Positions 1 to 12,908 of a stretch of DNA of 64,000 nt are shown here, piece by piece (positions within the stretch are counted from its first letter, which is position 1; every line of letters starts with the position of its first letter). The position numbers and the translations under genes were made by a program. The DNA is from Octopus vulgaris. Taxonomy: Eukaryota. Under the pieces are notes generated by a model. That model had not been told where the DNA came from and searched no databases. It was given only the letters and a program-made list of their open reading frames with translations. The stretch is taken from assembly GCA_951406725.2 (NCBI GenBank), contig OX597825.1:29202001-29266000 (forward strand), written 5' to 3'.

Positions 1-458
1 ATATATATATATATGCGTATATATATATGTGTATATATATATGTGTATATATATATGTATATGTGTATATATATGTATATATATACATATAAATTTATAC
101 ACATTTTTATATAAAATAGACTATTCTGATTGGTATATACTGGAAATAGCTGCGAATATATGCATAAATACACTTTTATACGAATACAGATAATAACAGA
201 TACACACACACACATAAATGTGCACACACACATACACATGCACTCGCACACATGCATACACATACAAATACACACATGTGCACACACATGCCTCACACAC
301 ATATAGCAAGATTTACAAGTTTCATTATAGTACTTGTGGGAATACTTGCAAATATGCGTACATACTACCATATAAAAACAAACACAATATCACCCAGAGG
401 CACACCAATGTATTTATACATACATAAATATTATACATATATACATACATACCCACAC

Positions 459-549
<91 letters not shown>

Positions 550-782
550 TATATATGTATGTGTGTGTATATATATATGTAAATATACATGCATGCATAT
601 ATATATCTATTTATATATGTATATATGTGGGTGTTTGTATATACATGTGCATGTATGTCTATATATATATGTATATACATACGTATATATATGTATATAT
701 ATATAAGTATGTATACATATATATATGTGTGTTTGCATACGTATATATATATGTATATGTGTATATATATAAATATATATGT

Positions 783-835
<53 letters not shown>

Positions 836-866
836 GTACATAGATGTATGTATATACGTGTATACA
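1..866. repeat. Compound (TA)n/(CA)n/(TATG)n microsatellite field
   Basis: Near-continuous dinucleotide and tetranucleotide repeats. These explain all the Y/I/H/T-rich ORFs in the track here. Confidence 0.95.
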
Positions 867-1799
867 TAACAGATAAACAACAGTCTGGTAACTAGGATGG
901 TTGCAAGAGCTGCAAATATATCAACACAGAAACATTACTTTTGCCAAAATCAACAAATGGTGGGAAAGGAAAAGAAAAAAACACAAAGGAAGAATAAAAA
1001 CATCAACAACAACAACAATCGCAAGTAAAAAGCAATTTTCTAAAGGTGAGGGCAGACATTTACAGCAAGTTTAGTTAGTTATTTGATTTATATTCATTTT
1101 ATTTGTTGTATATTAATCAATGTGAAATTAAAGTACTAGAGATTGGTAGAATAATAGTGATGGAGTAGTGACTATGGTGGGTACATTTTTTTCTGTTTGC
1201 TACGTTTAAAACAAACATAAAGAGCTATGATACAGAAAGAGTGACTGATGCGGACAAAAATAAAATAAAATAAAAGATGCTATTGTGGTTATAATATTCA
1301 TGGTGCAAACAGTCCAATTCTATGCAAAGTGAGTTTGTTTTGAGACCCTGGTTCAATTCAAAGTAGTCTTTATTTCACTTGCTACACTAAACAAGAACAA
1401 ATTTACATCTCCTATTCTGAAGTGACTTTATGCAGACCACCCATAGTTGGAAGGGATATCTAACTGCTTTTATTGCACTGGTGGATATATTAATAAAATA
1501 TTTCATTTATTTTTTTAAATATTATCTAAATATTTGACTTATTCCCATTTGGCATGTGTAAAGTTAAACTATTGTTGAGATGTTCTTTTGAGAATACAAT
1601 GAGGCCCTTGTTAAATGGTCCCACCTCTTGCTGAAAGGGGTTTCCAGTATATCAGAAATAATAACAATAATAATAATCCTTTCTACTGGTCTTAAAAAAA
1701 TCATCTGAGGGCTCGTCAATGGAGAGATTGCTCTGTGTGATGGGGTGTGATGTGTGTGTTGTTGGGACAGCTATCATCTGTCAAGATAAAGCAATCATC

Positions 1800-1833
<34 letters not shown>

Positions 1834-1976
1834 ATGTATATACATATATATGTATGTATGTATGTTTGTATGTATACACACACGTGTTTATATATACATA
1901 AGTATGTATATATACACACACATGTGTATATGTATGTATGTATGTATGTATATATATATATATCTATATATATCAA

Positions 1977-2151
1977 GGTGCAGGCATAGGTAGGTGGTAA
2001 GAAGTTTGTTTCTCAACCACATTATTCCAGGTTCAGTTCCTCTGTGTGGCACCGTTTGTAAGTGTCTCCTATAGTCCGAAGACAGCCAAAGCCTTGTGAG
2101 TACATCTGTTAGCCAGATACTTAAAGCCCATTGTGTGTGCGTGTGTGTGTG

Positions 2152-2182
<31 letters not shown>

Positions 2183-2474
2183 ATATATATGGAGAGAGAG
2201 AGAGAGAGAGCAAGAGAGAGAGAGAGAGAGAGCAAGAGAGAGAGAGAGAAATATGTGTGTGCATGTGTGTTTGTGTGTTTGTCTCTACCCCTAATGACTG
2301 CTTGACATCTGGTATGTTAGGCTTATGTCCTCATAACTTGGCAGTTTGATAAAAAGAGACCAATAGAATAAATAGGAGACATAATCTCAATACTAGGGTC
2401 GGTTTGCTGAACTAAACCTTTCAATGCAGTGCTATAGTATGGCTGCAGTCCAATGACTGAAACAAGTAAAAGTT

Positions 2475-2478
<4 letters not shown>
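1977..2478 (+). mobile_element. SINE family A, diverged near-full-length copy
   Basis: tRNA-like head (GGTTCAGTTCC B box), internal (TG)/(TA)/(GA) microsatellite and 3' tail ...tgactgaaacaagtaaaag. Homologous to the copies at 8735 and 15128. Confidence 0.85.
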
Positions 2479-2542
<64 letters not shown>

Positions 2543-2545
<3 letters not shown>

Positions 2546-3085
2546 AATCCAAACATGAACAAGCAAGAAAAAACAACTCAAGGACGTGGAACATGGAATA
2601 AGTACAGTGTTATGTGAAGGCGCATGGCTCAGTGGTTAGAGCGTCGAGCTTACGATCGTGAGGTTGTGAGCTCGAATCCCGGACCGGGCTGCGTGTTTTG
2701 TTCTTGAGCAAGTCACTTTATTTCACGTTGCTCCAGTTCACTCAGCTGTAGAAATGAGTTGCGACGTCACAGGTGCCAAGCTGTATCGGCATTTGGCTTT
2801 CCCTTGGCTAACAATGGTGGCGTGGAGAGGGGAGGCTGGTATGCATGGGCGACTGCTGGTCTTCCATAAACAACCTTGCCCGGACTTGTGTCTAGGAGGG
2901 TAACTTTCTAGGTGCAATCGCATGGTCATTCATGACCGAAGGGGGTCTTTATTGGACACTCAGGAAAGGAAAGAAAAGAAAGAGAATTTCATGTTACGAG
3001 CAGAGCTCTTCTTCAGAAATATAGAAAAAGTCCAAACAAGGGAAGACAGAGAAAAAAAATCGCCAATGATACACACATGGTCACA
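2543..3085 (-). mobile_element. Putative Penelope-like non-autonomous repeat end, split by the family D SINE
   Basis: Minus strand at about 2985-3017 reads CTGAAGA-a-gagc-tct-gctc-GTAAC, a decayed hammerhead-like core with a short stem II. Flanked by (TA)n. Confidence 0.4.
2613..2950 (+). mobile_element. SINE family D (tRNA-derived head plus CORE-like central domain), young-looking copy
   Basis: A box TGGCTCAGTGG, B-box-like GCTCGAATCC, then tgcgtgttttgttcttgagcaagtcactttatttcac...ctccagttcactcagctg (CORE-like). Many CpGs retained. Interrupts a host repeat at agtacagtgttat|tggacactcagg. Confidence 0.85.
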
Positions 3086-3126
3086 TAGTGAAAAGTCAGT
3101 TGAACAAATATATGTATATATATATA

Positions 3127-3557
3127 GGTGCAGGTGTGGCTGTGTGGTAAGAAGTTTGCTTCCCAACCACATGGTTCTGGGTTGAGTCCCACTGCATGGC
3201 ACCTTGGCCAAACATTCTACTATAGCCTTGGGCCGACCAAAACTTTGTGAGTGAATGTGATAGATGGAAACTGAAAGAAGCTCATTGGATATATATATAT
3301 ATACACACACATATATATACATGTATATATTTGTGTGTGTATTTTTGTACCCCCACCATTGCTTGACAACTAATGTTGGTGTGTTTATGCCCCCCCCCCC
3401 CAGCAACTGTGGCTTAGCAGTTCAATAGAAGACCAATAAAATAAGTACTTGGTCTACAAATAATAAGTCCCGGGGTCAATTTCCTTAACTAAAGGCAATA
3501 CTCCAGCATGGCCTCAGTCAAATGGCTGAAATAAGTAAAAGAATGAAAGTAAAGAAT
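3127..3557 (+). mobile_element. SINE family A, full-length diverged copy
   Basis: ggtgcaggtgtggctgtgtggtaag head, internal (TA)/(TG) tract, ...aataagtaaaagaat tail. Confidence 0.9.
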
Positions 3558-3633
3558 GACATATATACACATATATATATATGCCCCAGCATGGCTGCAG
3601 CCTTCGGGCTAAAACATTTTTAAGGATTTAAGG

Positions 3634-3697
<64 letters not shown>

Positions 3698-3935
3698 CAC
3701 ACATTTACATTAGCCCTTGTTTGGGAATGTATATCATATATGGTGCATGGATGCCAGGGAAATTTGTCCTGTGTGCTATATATGACACTGAGACTAGGCA
3801 GAGGGTTAAATAAGGTAGAATTTAAGCATATTTTTAATCTGTTGACCCAGTGAGAGAGATACACACTAATAGTTGTAACCTGCTATCTTCAATTATATTC
3901 TCTAGTGATACTATGTGCTCGATTTCCACCTTCAG

Positions 3936-3976
3936 CTGCTGTCATCAACAGGCTAGGGAATAATAAAGTTCTGTAG
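3936..3976 (+). CDS. Candidate short terminal coding exon (xAVINRLGNNKVL*) of an upstream gene outside the window
   Basis: Preceded by pyrimidine-rich gatttccaccttcAG. One frame is open to TAG and is followed by about 1.6 kb of transposon-free T-rich sequence that resembles a 3' UTR. Peptide not recognised. Confidence 0.25.
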
Positions 3977-5560
3977 TTAGTTCTATCATATTTCTTCATG
4001 ATATTTACCAAAATATTTTTTGGGATTTCCTTTTTTGTTTTTTTTTCTGTTTTCATTGTTAAACCTTTGTATCTAGCTGCAAAAGTTTTTTTAGATACTT
4101 TACCATTTGTATTTCATTTTATGGAGACGACCAAAACATTATATATCACAGGTCACTTGGAAAGTTGACATTTTGAAATATCAACTGCAAACATTAAATG
4201 TCGGTAGTCAAAGAGTGGAAAGAAAAAAAATATTCTCTACTTAAAATACTAATAATGCAGTTTTTTTTTTTTTAGTTATTTATTCTTGTTTTCCATACAG
4301 ACTTGTATACTCGAATACATTTACTTTTTTGTTTTTTTTTTCTTTTTTGTTTTTGTTTATCAATCAATGTTTGTTTTTGTTTTTTTGTTTTTCGTTTCAC
4401 TACCTCACTTGTTTGTTTAGTTTTTTTTTTTTTATTTGTACTGTTACCATTTATTCCTATCATGCGCAGTTTTGTAAAGTATAAGAATTTTTAAACCAAT
4501 ACACAATCCAACAACCACTAATGAATAAATATATAAATAGACAAATAAATAAATAAATAAATAAATAAACAAATAAATAAATAAATTAATAAAACTGAGG
4601 CTTGCAGAAGAGACCGAAATATGAAACAGGACCTTAATTCTGATTTTAACCTGTGCACTAACCTGATCAAATATACATATTTAAATGTCAGAAAGCTAAA
4701 TTGTGATTAAAACTATAAAAATTGTAATTTATTTATATACATATTTATTGCATTTATTTGTATCTATATTTATTATATTTATTTATATGTATTTATGTGT
4801 GTGTCTGTGTATGCATGTATTTATTTACATGTATGTATTTTTTTTTTTTTTTTTACCATTGAACTGAAATTATCTCAAAGTTAATACCTTTGCTTGTTTG
4901 CATGTATTTTTGTGTTTTGTTATAAACTTTTAATTTGTTATATTTCTTCCATATTTTTCGTTTTTTTTTATTAAAATTTTTCCTCGTATCTGCCACATGC
5001 TATTTCTATAAATGAACAAACAAGAGAGAGAAATAGAAAATAGAGCAATAATGAGAGAGAAAGGAGAGAGGGGGAGCAAAAGATGGAGGGAGAGGAAACA
5101 AGGAAGGTATTTTAAAAAATGATTTTATGGATAGAAAACAAAAAGGAAGCTAGTTTTGGTTGTTAAAATTTCAAATGAGAATATATTATTATTAACTAGA
5201 TTTATACCTGAAACATTTTCATAGATTTTTTTTTTTCTAATTATTCCCAACATCCAAGGTTTAACTATTGGGTGGACCTGACATTTTTGGGGTTTATTAT
5301 GTTCTTCTTCTTCTTCTTTGGGAATTTATATTTTTGTGGTGTTGTTCCAATTAATTTCCTTTTTTTTTTTGTATATATATATTTTTTTGTTTGTTATTAT
5401 TACTTTGCATCTGTTAAAAAACAAACAAGTAAAACCAAACAAACAAACAAACAAAAAATGAATATTCATCATCCAATATTAAATATTTTCTATTAAACTG
5501 ATGTTATTACTGCAATATTGATAAAAATAATATTCAGTCAAACATTATATATTTATATGT
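3977..5560 (+). other. Putative 3' UTR-like region
   Basis: No SINEs, long U-rich tracts, multiple AATAAA (e.g. about 4525-4590) and ATTAAA signals. Based on composition only. Confidence 0.3.
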
Positions 5561-5652
5561 GTGTATGTGCGCGGGGGTGGGTGGGGGGTGAGTGGTTGCG
5601 CCTGCAATTATATGATATGCGTTCAAACATAATTAGTGTTTTTTCTTTTAAC

Positions 5653-5691
<39 letters not shown>

Positions 5692-5733
5692 CCTCATCAT
5701 CATCATCATCATTATTATTGTTGTTATTATTAA

Positions 5734-5770
<37 letters not shown>

Positions 5771-6099
5771 GTAATTCATAATGTAAATTGAACTAGATTT
5801 TTATTTTAAGTAGGGCTTGCATGAGGAGTTAAAACCAAGTTTAGCAACAGAATCAAACAATGAGAACAATAAGCAAATTTTAAGCACAAGACTGCTTTTT
5901 TTCTTCTTTGGCAATCTATAGATTAAAAACATGTATACATACATAAACATACATCTACACACACTCACACACATAAATATGCATGCTATACACATATACA
6001 TATATACACATATATACATAATATATAAATATATATACATATACATGCATATATATATATATATATATATAATAAATATATGTACATATACACATGCAT

Positions 6100-6145
<46 letters not shown>

Positions 6146-6224
6146 GAGGATAAATATATGTATCGTATAATATAATAATGGAATAGAAAAAGGGAAATGT
6201 GAACTGCCTTCTTCTTTTCAGGCA

Positions 6225-6592
6225 TTCAGCGTAAGAGAGGTGAAGGCTGGAAAATGGTGTTTATTGGTTTTATTGAGCGAACGTCTGACGCCAACTCTTA
6301 GTTTTGCTCACAGACTCCCATGGCAAACAGGTCAGCAAACCCTGTGTGTGGAACATTTTTTTTTGTTATCGATCAATTTCTCGATTAAAATTGGCAGACT
6401 TCATTGATATTCCATCGATATTTTTCTCTCAATCTGACTGATTGGAAGCAAAATTAATCATTACAGCGGCTGACAGATTTAATTTTATCTGATGAAAATC
6501 AAATGCAAATTAGTTTGGTTATTTACATAATAAGTTATTAAATCGTATTGATATTAGTTTAGATCTATTAAACCGAAAGCCTCATTATCAGC
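6225..6592. promoter_or_regulatory. Candidate enhancer or conserved non-coding element
   Basis: Unique, repeat-free block with clustered ATCGAT sites, TGATTGG (inverted CCAAT), TAATCATTA, TGACAG and the octamer ATGCAAAT (about 6503). Confidence 0.35.
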
Positions 6593-6593
6593 T

Positions 6594-6631
<38 letters not shown>

Positions 6632-7149
6632 ATCACATATACACTCAATCACACACATACATACATGCATGCACATATACATACACACATTCACGTACGT
6701 TATAATGCGTTTACACCCATATATGTTTACATATATTTCATAATATCAGATATCTTTTAATTTTTCCGTAAATGAAAAAATGAAGAATAAATTAATAGAA
6801 TTCCTGTTAAATAATAAATGGTACCCTGCTAAGGGTAAATTCTGAAGAGTACATTTATCTGTAAAATCTTGAGATATTTGCAGACACGTATCTTGTTTAC
6901 AATGTTTAAATATTCAGCAGTAGGCACATGAATCAGAGAAATAATGAGTTTATATGATATCAGACTCCAGCCCTGGGGTCAGAATTTAACATCATGGAAT
7001 CACAGCTACTGTTATGTCTAGAAAACACATTGATCTTGATGGCTCATTACACCTCATAGTAACAAGTACAATGAAAGTGTACAGTTGACTGCAAACCATG
7101 GTAGCATTGATTGTTATGTATGTCACTATTCAGGCTAAGAGCTTTATGT

Positions 7150-7345
7150 ATTGATTTCAAATTTTAGCAAAAGACAAGTAGTCTTAAAGGAAAGGATAAG
7201 TAAGTTACATCAACCCTAGTGTGTAACCGGCACTTAATTTATTAACTCCAGAAGAATGAAAGGCAAAATCGACAGCAACAGAATTTGAACTCAGAACATA
7301 AAGACAGGCAAAATGCCACTGAACATTTTGTCTGAAGTGTTAACA
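7150..7345 (-). mobile_element. SINE family B, old diverged copy
   Basis: gaatgaaaggcaaaatcgacagcaacagaatttgaactcagaacataaagacaggcaaaatgcc matches family B (compare 29837-30071). Confidence 0.75.
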
Positions 7346-7855
7346 ATTCTGACAACTTGCTGCCATGAGAGTTTTATATATTGCTAGTTATCTTGTAGTA
7401 GCTATAATGTAATTAGAAAATTAGATTTATAGCTGAAAGATTGGCATTTTCTATACCAGAGTAGATGTCTATGACAGAAAGACATTTATCTTTGAATGGC
7501 TCCCATTATATAGCTATAAATTGGTGCCATAAGGTGATACTGGCTCAGTATAAGGAATGCCAGAAGTGTTGTAAAATATACACCAAAATATACACTGAGT
7601 CACCATGATTGATCGCTAAATCCACAAGTTATTTTATTCTCTCTCTGTTAATTTCCTCATGTTCCTTTCTGTTGAAGAGCATAAGCACGAAACAAAAGAC
7701 TTTCTCACTTTCCCAAGCATCAAACTAATACACCTGTTTCTTGTTCATGCACCTGTTTTTGTCTTTTGTTTTTCTGTAAATTTCACCAACACATGTGTGA
7801 GTGTGTGTATGGATGCATGTATGTATATATTATTAGTATAATTAATTGATTGGTT

Positions 7856-8400
7856 GATCAAGAGAATAATGCATACTATCAAAGTGACATTCTGGTACAA
7901 ATATACAAAGACCAATATACCCATTATGACTACTCGTCTGCTTAGGGTACACCAGGCACATGCATCACAACCATAAGTGCGTGACATAGTGATCTCATAT
8001 TTACATAGACAATGCATGACCTTGCAGGTGGGGCCCAGTTAGGATTTTCTTCAATTATCTGAGTAGCCCATCTTATTCAAAAGATCCCTGAGTAAGGTTT
8101 GTTTTAGAATGATGAATGGAACACCCATGTTTCCAGACATGAATTATCCAAACACCAAAGAATTCCTCTCAACACATGGCTATGATGCTCCCCCACTGCT
8201 CATGATCAGAGATGCACATATTGTCAGCCACTAAAGAACATGCTCAACTGGTTATGGTCAAACAACTGCCAAGCAAATCTGTGGTATTGAGCAGAATATT
8301 TGCTGCAGCCCATCTTTTATACCAGGACAAAACATGTACATGATAACATTTCATGTCATTTAGGATGAGAAGCCATGAGAGCCACTGTCAGGTACTCGGA
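7856..8400. repeat. Probable interspersed repeat of unknown class
   Basis: Higher-GC segment of about 550 bp that I recall as an abundant octopus repeat (cagagatgcacatattgtcagccactaa...). There is no second copy in this window to confirm it. Confidence 0.4.
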
Positions 8401-8454
8401 TCCATGCAACTAAAAGTTTTGTTGACTTCTAACAGAGACTTAGCTTGTTTTGAC

Positions 8455-8600
8455 TATTAGGTAACAATCTTGCTTCCCAGTCACATGGTCTTGGGTTAAG
8501 TTCCACTGCATGGCTTGACGAATGTTATCTACTGTAGCCTCAGGCTGGCCTAAGCCTTGTGAGTGAATTTGGCAGACAGAAACTGAAAGAATCCTGTCGT
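8455..8600 (+). mobile_element. SINE family A, 5' half
   Basis: cacatggtcttgggttaagttccactgcatggc...aagccttgtgagtgaatttggcagacagaaactgaaagaa. Confidence 0.8.
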
Positions 8601-8734
8601 ATATGTATATATGTATGCATGCATGTATGTATATATATATATATATATGTATAATTTTCATATTTTTCATCAATTACAAACTTAGTGAATGTAAAAATGG
8701 TTATAAAGTTAAATTATTAGATGAATATTTGATA

Positions 8735-9141
8735 GGCGCAGGAGTGGCTGTGTGGTAAGTAGCTTGCTTACCAACCACATGGTTTTAGGTTTAGTCCCAC
8801 TGCATGGTACCTTGGGCAAGTGTCTTCTAATATAGCCTCAGGCCGACCAAAGCCTTGTGAATGGATCTGGTAGACAGAAACTGAAAGAAGCCCGTCATAT
8901 TATATATATGTGTGTGTGTGTGTGCGTGCGTGAGTGTGTGTGTGTGTGTTTGTGTGTCTGTGTTTGTCCCCTCAACATCGCTTGACATCCGAAGCCAGCA
9001 TGTATACGTCCCCGTAACTTAGCGGTTCGGCTACGCTTACAAAGAATAAGTCCTGGGGTCGATTTGCTCGACTAAAGGCGGTGCTCCAGCATGGCCGCAG
9101 TCAAATGACTCAAACAAGTAAAAGAGTAAAAGAGTAAGAGT
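8735..9141 (+). mobile_element. SINE family A, near-full-length copy
   Basis: ggcgcaggagTGGCTGTGTGGtaag (A-box-like), GGTTTAGTCCC (B-box-like), internal (TG)n and (GAGTAAAA)n tail. Confidence 0.92.
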
Positions 9142-10060
9142 AATGATTAAATTTCCTTTTTTTTCTTCCACGAAGGGATTATCATATTTTGAAAGGCTTA
9201 AAGTTGTATTCCTTAGATGAGGTTTTTAAAGAGTAAACATCTCTTGTATAGTTAAGTAGGCTTACGTTTTGCTGCTTTGTACTATTTTAAAACTTGGCAT
9301 ATACAATCTGTATTTAATGCTACATTACTTAACATTAACAGTCAGTAAGCTGGTAGCTATTTTGATGTTAGCTATGTTGAATAAATTAAGATAACCGTTC
9401 CAAAGTATGTTGTTTAGTGTTAAATAAACTTATTGAGATTTTTACAAGTTTTCTCTGTAATTTTTCCTATCTTCTTTCTCATATGATTTACTTGGAAACT
9501 ATGCACCCAAATGGTTTTTCAATCTGATGGATAGCATAAACAAGGATAAAGGAATGGATTAGCATTGAGATTTAAAACGTTATTTTAATTTAAGAATATT
9601 TAGTGAATCAATCAATAAATTGGCATTAGAAGCATATTTTGCTGACCTAAGCAAAATAAGAGAGAGGGAGAAAGACAGAGATGGAAACAAAGAGAGCGAG
9701 AGTGAGAAAGAGAGAGAGAGAGAAGAGAGAATGAAAGAACTTCAAATCTCATCTTTATAATGCACCTAAATCTGGAACTTAGTTCTGGCTCTGTTAGCAC
9801 CCTCCGACTCATAGAGACATTAATCATGTGATTATTAATTGTCAATTAATTTGAAATATTTCAAAATCTCGGAAGGATGTTCATAATGCCAAATGTTCAT
9901 TTATGAGTATTTTATGTGTGTGTGTATGTGTGCATGTGGTGAGAGTGGTGTGTGTGTGTATTTAAATATATGTGTGTATATATGCACACACACACACAAA
10001 TATATACATATATATATATATACATACACACATATATATATGTATATATATCTGTATATA

Positions 10061-10116
<56 letters not shown>

Positions 10117-10175
10117 TACATGCAATAAGAAATTAAAATGACAAGAGAATCAGAAATTGTTTCAAGAACTTCATT

Positions 10176-10258
10176 AGCTTACACCAGTTTCTGCAATAAG
10201 ATGTGATGCACTCATTGTCGAATGCTTGTACATAACACTCTATAACCTCATCAGAGCT
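10176..10258 (-). ncRNA. Minimal type I hammerhead-ribozyme-like motif (Penelope-type), partly decayed
   Basis: Minus strand: agct-CTGATGA-[long imperfect stem II with gcattc/gagtgc hairpin]-GAAAC-tggt-GTA-agct. Stem I is 4 bp and stem III is 2 bp. Confidence 0.5.
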
Positions 10259-10489
10259 TCAAAAATATTTTATCATTTTCATATATCTTCATCTGGTAGC
10301 CTTTATCTTTCATCTAAAGTTTCCCTGTGTGTCAGAGAATAGTGAGCAAAAGATTAAATTTACCCTGAAAGATAGCCACAGTCAGGTTTGAAAATGGAAA
10401 GTTAAGAGTCAGATGAACTACCATATGACATCCCCACCGAATACTTTAATATTTCTGCCAGTCTCTCATGCTAGACATGTATTTTATTT

Positions 10490-10925
10490 ATGAGCACCAG
10501 ACAGATGAAAGACAAAGAAGGCCTTAGTGAGATTTGAACTCACAATGTAAGGTACCAGAATAATGCCACAAGGTGTTTTATCCAATGTTCTAATGACTCT
10601 GTTAATTTGCTGCTAATTGCATTTTATGAAAAAGAAACAGTTGATTATAATAATTCTTTCAGAACGTAAAGACAGATGAAATACAGCTAAGTATTACACC
10701 TGGTGTACTAACATTTTTGCCAGCTCACTGCCTGTTTGGCAGATGGTAATGGTGAACCTTTGCTAACTCTTTCGCCACACCTTTCCCACACTCTTTCCTC
10801 CTGCATCTGGCAGCTCACTCGTGACAGACCGACATCCCATCCAGGTGGGGAACCTATACGCCAATGAAACCAAGATACCAGCCCTTATGAACCAGGCATG
10901 ACTCAAGAAGGAACAAGCAACAAAT
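10490..10925. mobile_element. Cluster of family B fragments (minus strand) and the 3' half of a family E SINE (plus strand)
   Basis: gatttgaactcacaatgtaag and tcagaacgtaaagacagatgaaatac...gccagctcactgcc (family B), then gacagaccgacatcccatccaggtggggaacctatacgcc...ggaacaagcaacaa (family E tail, compare 52020-52110). Confidence 0.75.
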
Positions 10926-12509
10926 CGCAACATAAATAGATTAGCATTGATCTTCTAGGTCTATGAGGATCCTTGAGTAGCCATCCAGTATCCTGCCTTA
11001 AGACAGTGTTGCATGTCATATTTTCTTTATATAGAGATTGCTATATATAGAGATTGCTATACTTTATATCCCTTATCAGCTGAGAGTTAAGAATAAAAAA
11101 TAATGTTTTGTGTTGGCTGCAAAAAAAACGATAATTATATAGAAAAAGAGAAGGAAGAATTTCAGAAAGCTAAAATGAGGACAGTGAAATTTTTTTTTGT
11201 TAAAAATGTCAAACTACTTACAATATGCATTTAGAATAGAATATCTTGTTTGGTATAAAACCAGTTTCAAACAGCAAGTATTAGTGGTTGGAATTTTTAT
11301 AACCTTCTAATTTTGTTTTCACTTTCGAATCTTCTAATTTTCTTTTTTTCCTTTTCCTCATTCCACCCCACCTTTTTTTTGTTGCTTTGCTTTCTTTCTG
11401 TGTCTGCATGTGTAGGAGGGTTGCCAATTCCATAGAGATTACCATATTGGAAATAAGCAATAATTTCCCTTGAGGCAACATATCTACTCTTGAATTTTAT
11501 CATTATTCCTTTTATATATATATATACACACATATATATCCATATTTTCGTATGCTTCTTTTTTTTTTTCAATCTGCTGTCTTGATACATTTTACTCTGG
11601 CATTTCCTTTTTTTTTACTCTTATTATTTTGTTTCTCCTGAGCAAATAAGATCAATTAATGTTACTTGTAAAAGACGGGTGGTTTGAAAGCGTAAAGATA
11701 TGTAATGTTGGTGGCAGCGATGGTGGATGGTGGGGTGGGGGGGAGGTACAGAATGCTTATCTGTTAGAAGCAGGAGTCATTTAATAAGAAAATAATCACT
11801 GATAGCTACAGAGTTCGATTTAGCAAAGAAACTGGACTTGCTGAAATAATTCAATACATCCAATATTAGGCCAAGTTATATATAAAAAATTTTAAATAAA
11901 TTTATCGTTTAAAAATTTTTTTTTAATTATGTGATGTGGTGGGAGAACTTAATGAGCATTAACCATTGAAAATTCTCCCTTTGTCATTAATTTCAAAATC
12001 ATAAATACAACAGAATCTATAAAGGATATAACATTCCTGGATGAAACAGCAGCAAATTGAATTCTCTCATACTAGAGAAGGAATTTCAACCATGCTTCGT
12101 GGTCTGCTACCACAACAGCTCCTTTGTAGGATCCAGTTATCTCAAGACATCCTCAGGAGGAACCATGTCCAGTTTCGGCCCCTACTCCTCTACCATTTTG
12201 ACGTGGCAGGTCCCCCCCCCCTTTCGGAAGTGTCTTCAGCTCTGGTGCTGGGTGCATGTCTTCTTTCTTCTTCAGACTTTCAAAATAGTTGCTATTTTTC
12301 TGGGTGAAGCAGTTGAAAACTGAATTCTCTCATTCTGGATAGAATATGAGTGCATTTTCACTTAACATTCCCCAAGACAAATATGGAATAATTAATCACA
12401 TGCAGTTATTGTTTCAAATACAAAAATTGGATACAATGTGAATGAGTGAAGAAAATGTAGAGTTGAGAGGAATCTTACTCTTTCCTTATTGAGGACATGA
12501 CAACCTCTC

Positions 12510-12815
12510 AAATGCTGATGCCAAGGTAAGTTGTATTCAGTATAGGGGTTGGTGTTAGGAAGGGCATCCAGCCCTTGAAAACATGGTGAGATAAAATGTA
12601 TGATCAGGGTATGATTTCCTATCCCATCTAGGAGAAAAATAGCTCTGAATGGGGAGCATACCAAAATTTTGTTGGTCCATCCAACCCTTGCCAGCATAAA
12701 CAACAGCCTTTAAACATTTGCAGCCATCTGGTTTGCCAGTCCCCAGTCAAATCGTCCAACCCATGCTTGCCTGGAAAGCGGACGTTAAACGATGATGATG
12801 ATGATGATGATGAGG
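12510..12815 (+). mobile_element. Family C retroposon fragments with (GAT)n tail
   Basis: ggttggtgttaggaagggcatccagcc and cagtcaaatcgtccaacccatgc...ggaaagcggacgttaaacgatgatgat. Confidence 0.75.
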
Positions 12816-12870
12816 ATGAATGTTAAGGATGAAAATGATGAGAGGGACAATGACAATGACAATGAAACAG

Positions 12871-12908
<38 letters not shown>

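Noticed and set aside
896-1045. Open frame ending at AAAG|GTGAG (possible exon)
   Set aside because: No polypyrimidine acceptor, and the peptide is low-complexity, A-rich and unrecognisable.
2619-2690. tRNA-like sequence with A and B boxes (also 51818-51890 and 23925-23997)
   Set aside because: There is no acceptor-stem pairing and each runs directly into a SINE body. These are tRNA-derived SINE heads, not tRNA genes.
6842-6895. CTGAAGA followed by a hairpin (tctgtaaaatct/agatatttgcaga)
   Set aside because: No GAAA or NUH half follows, so it is not a hammerhead.
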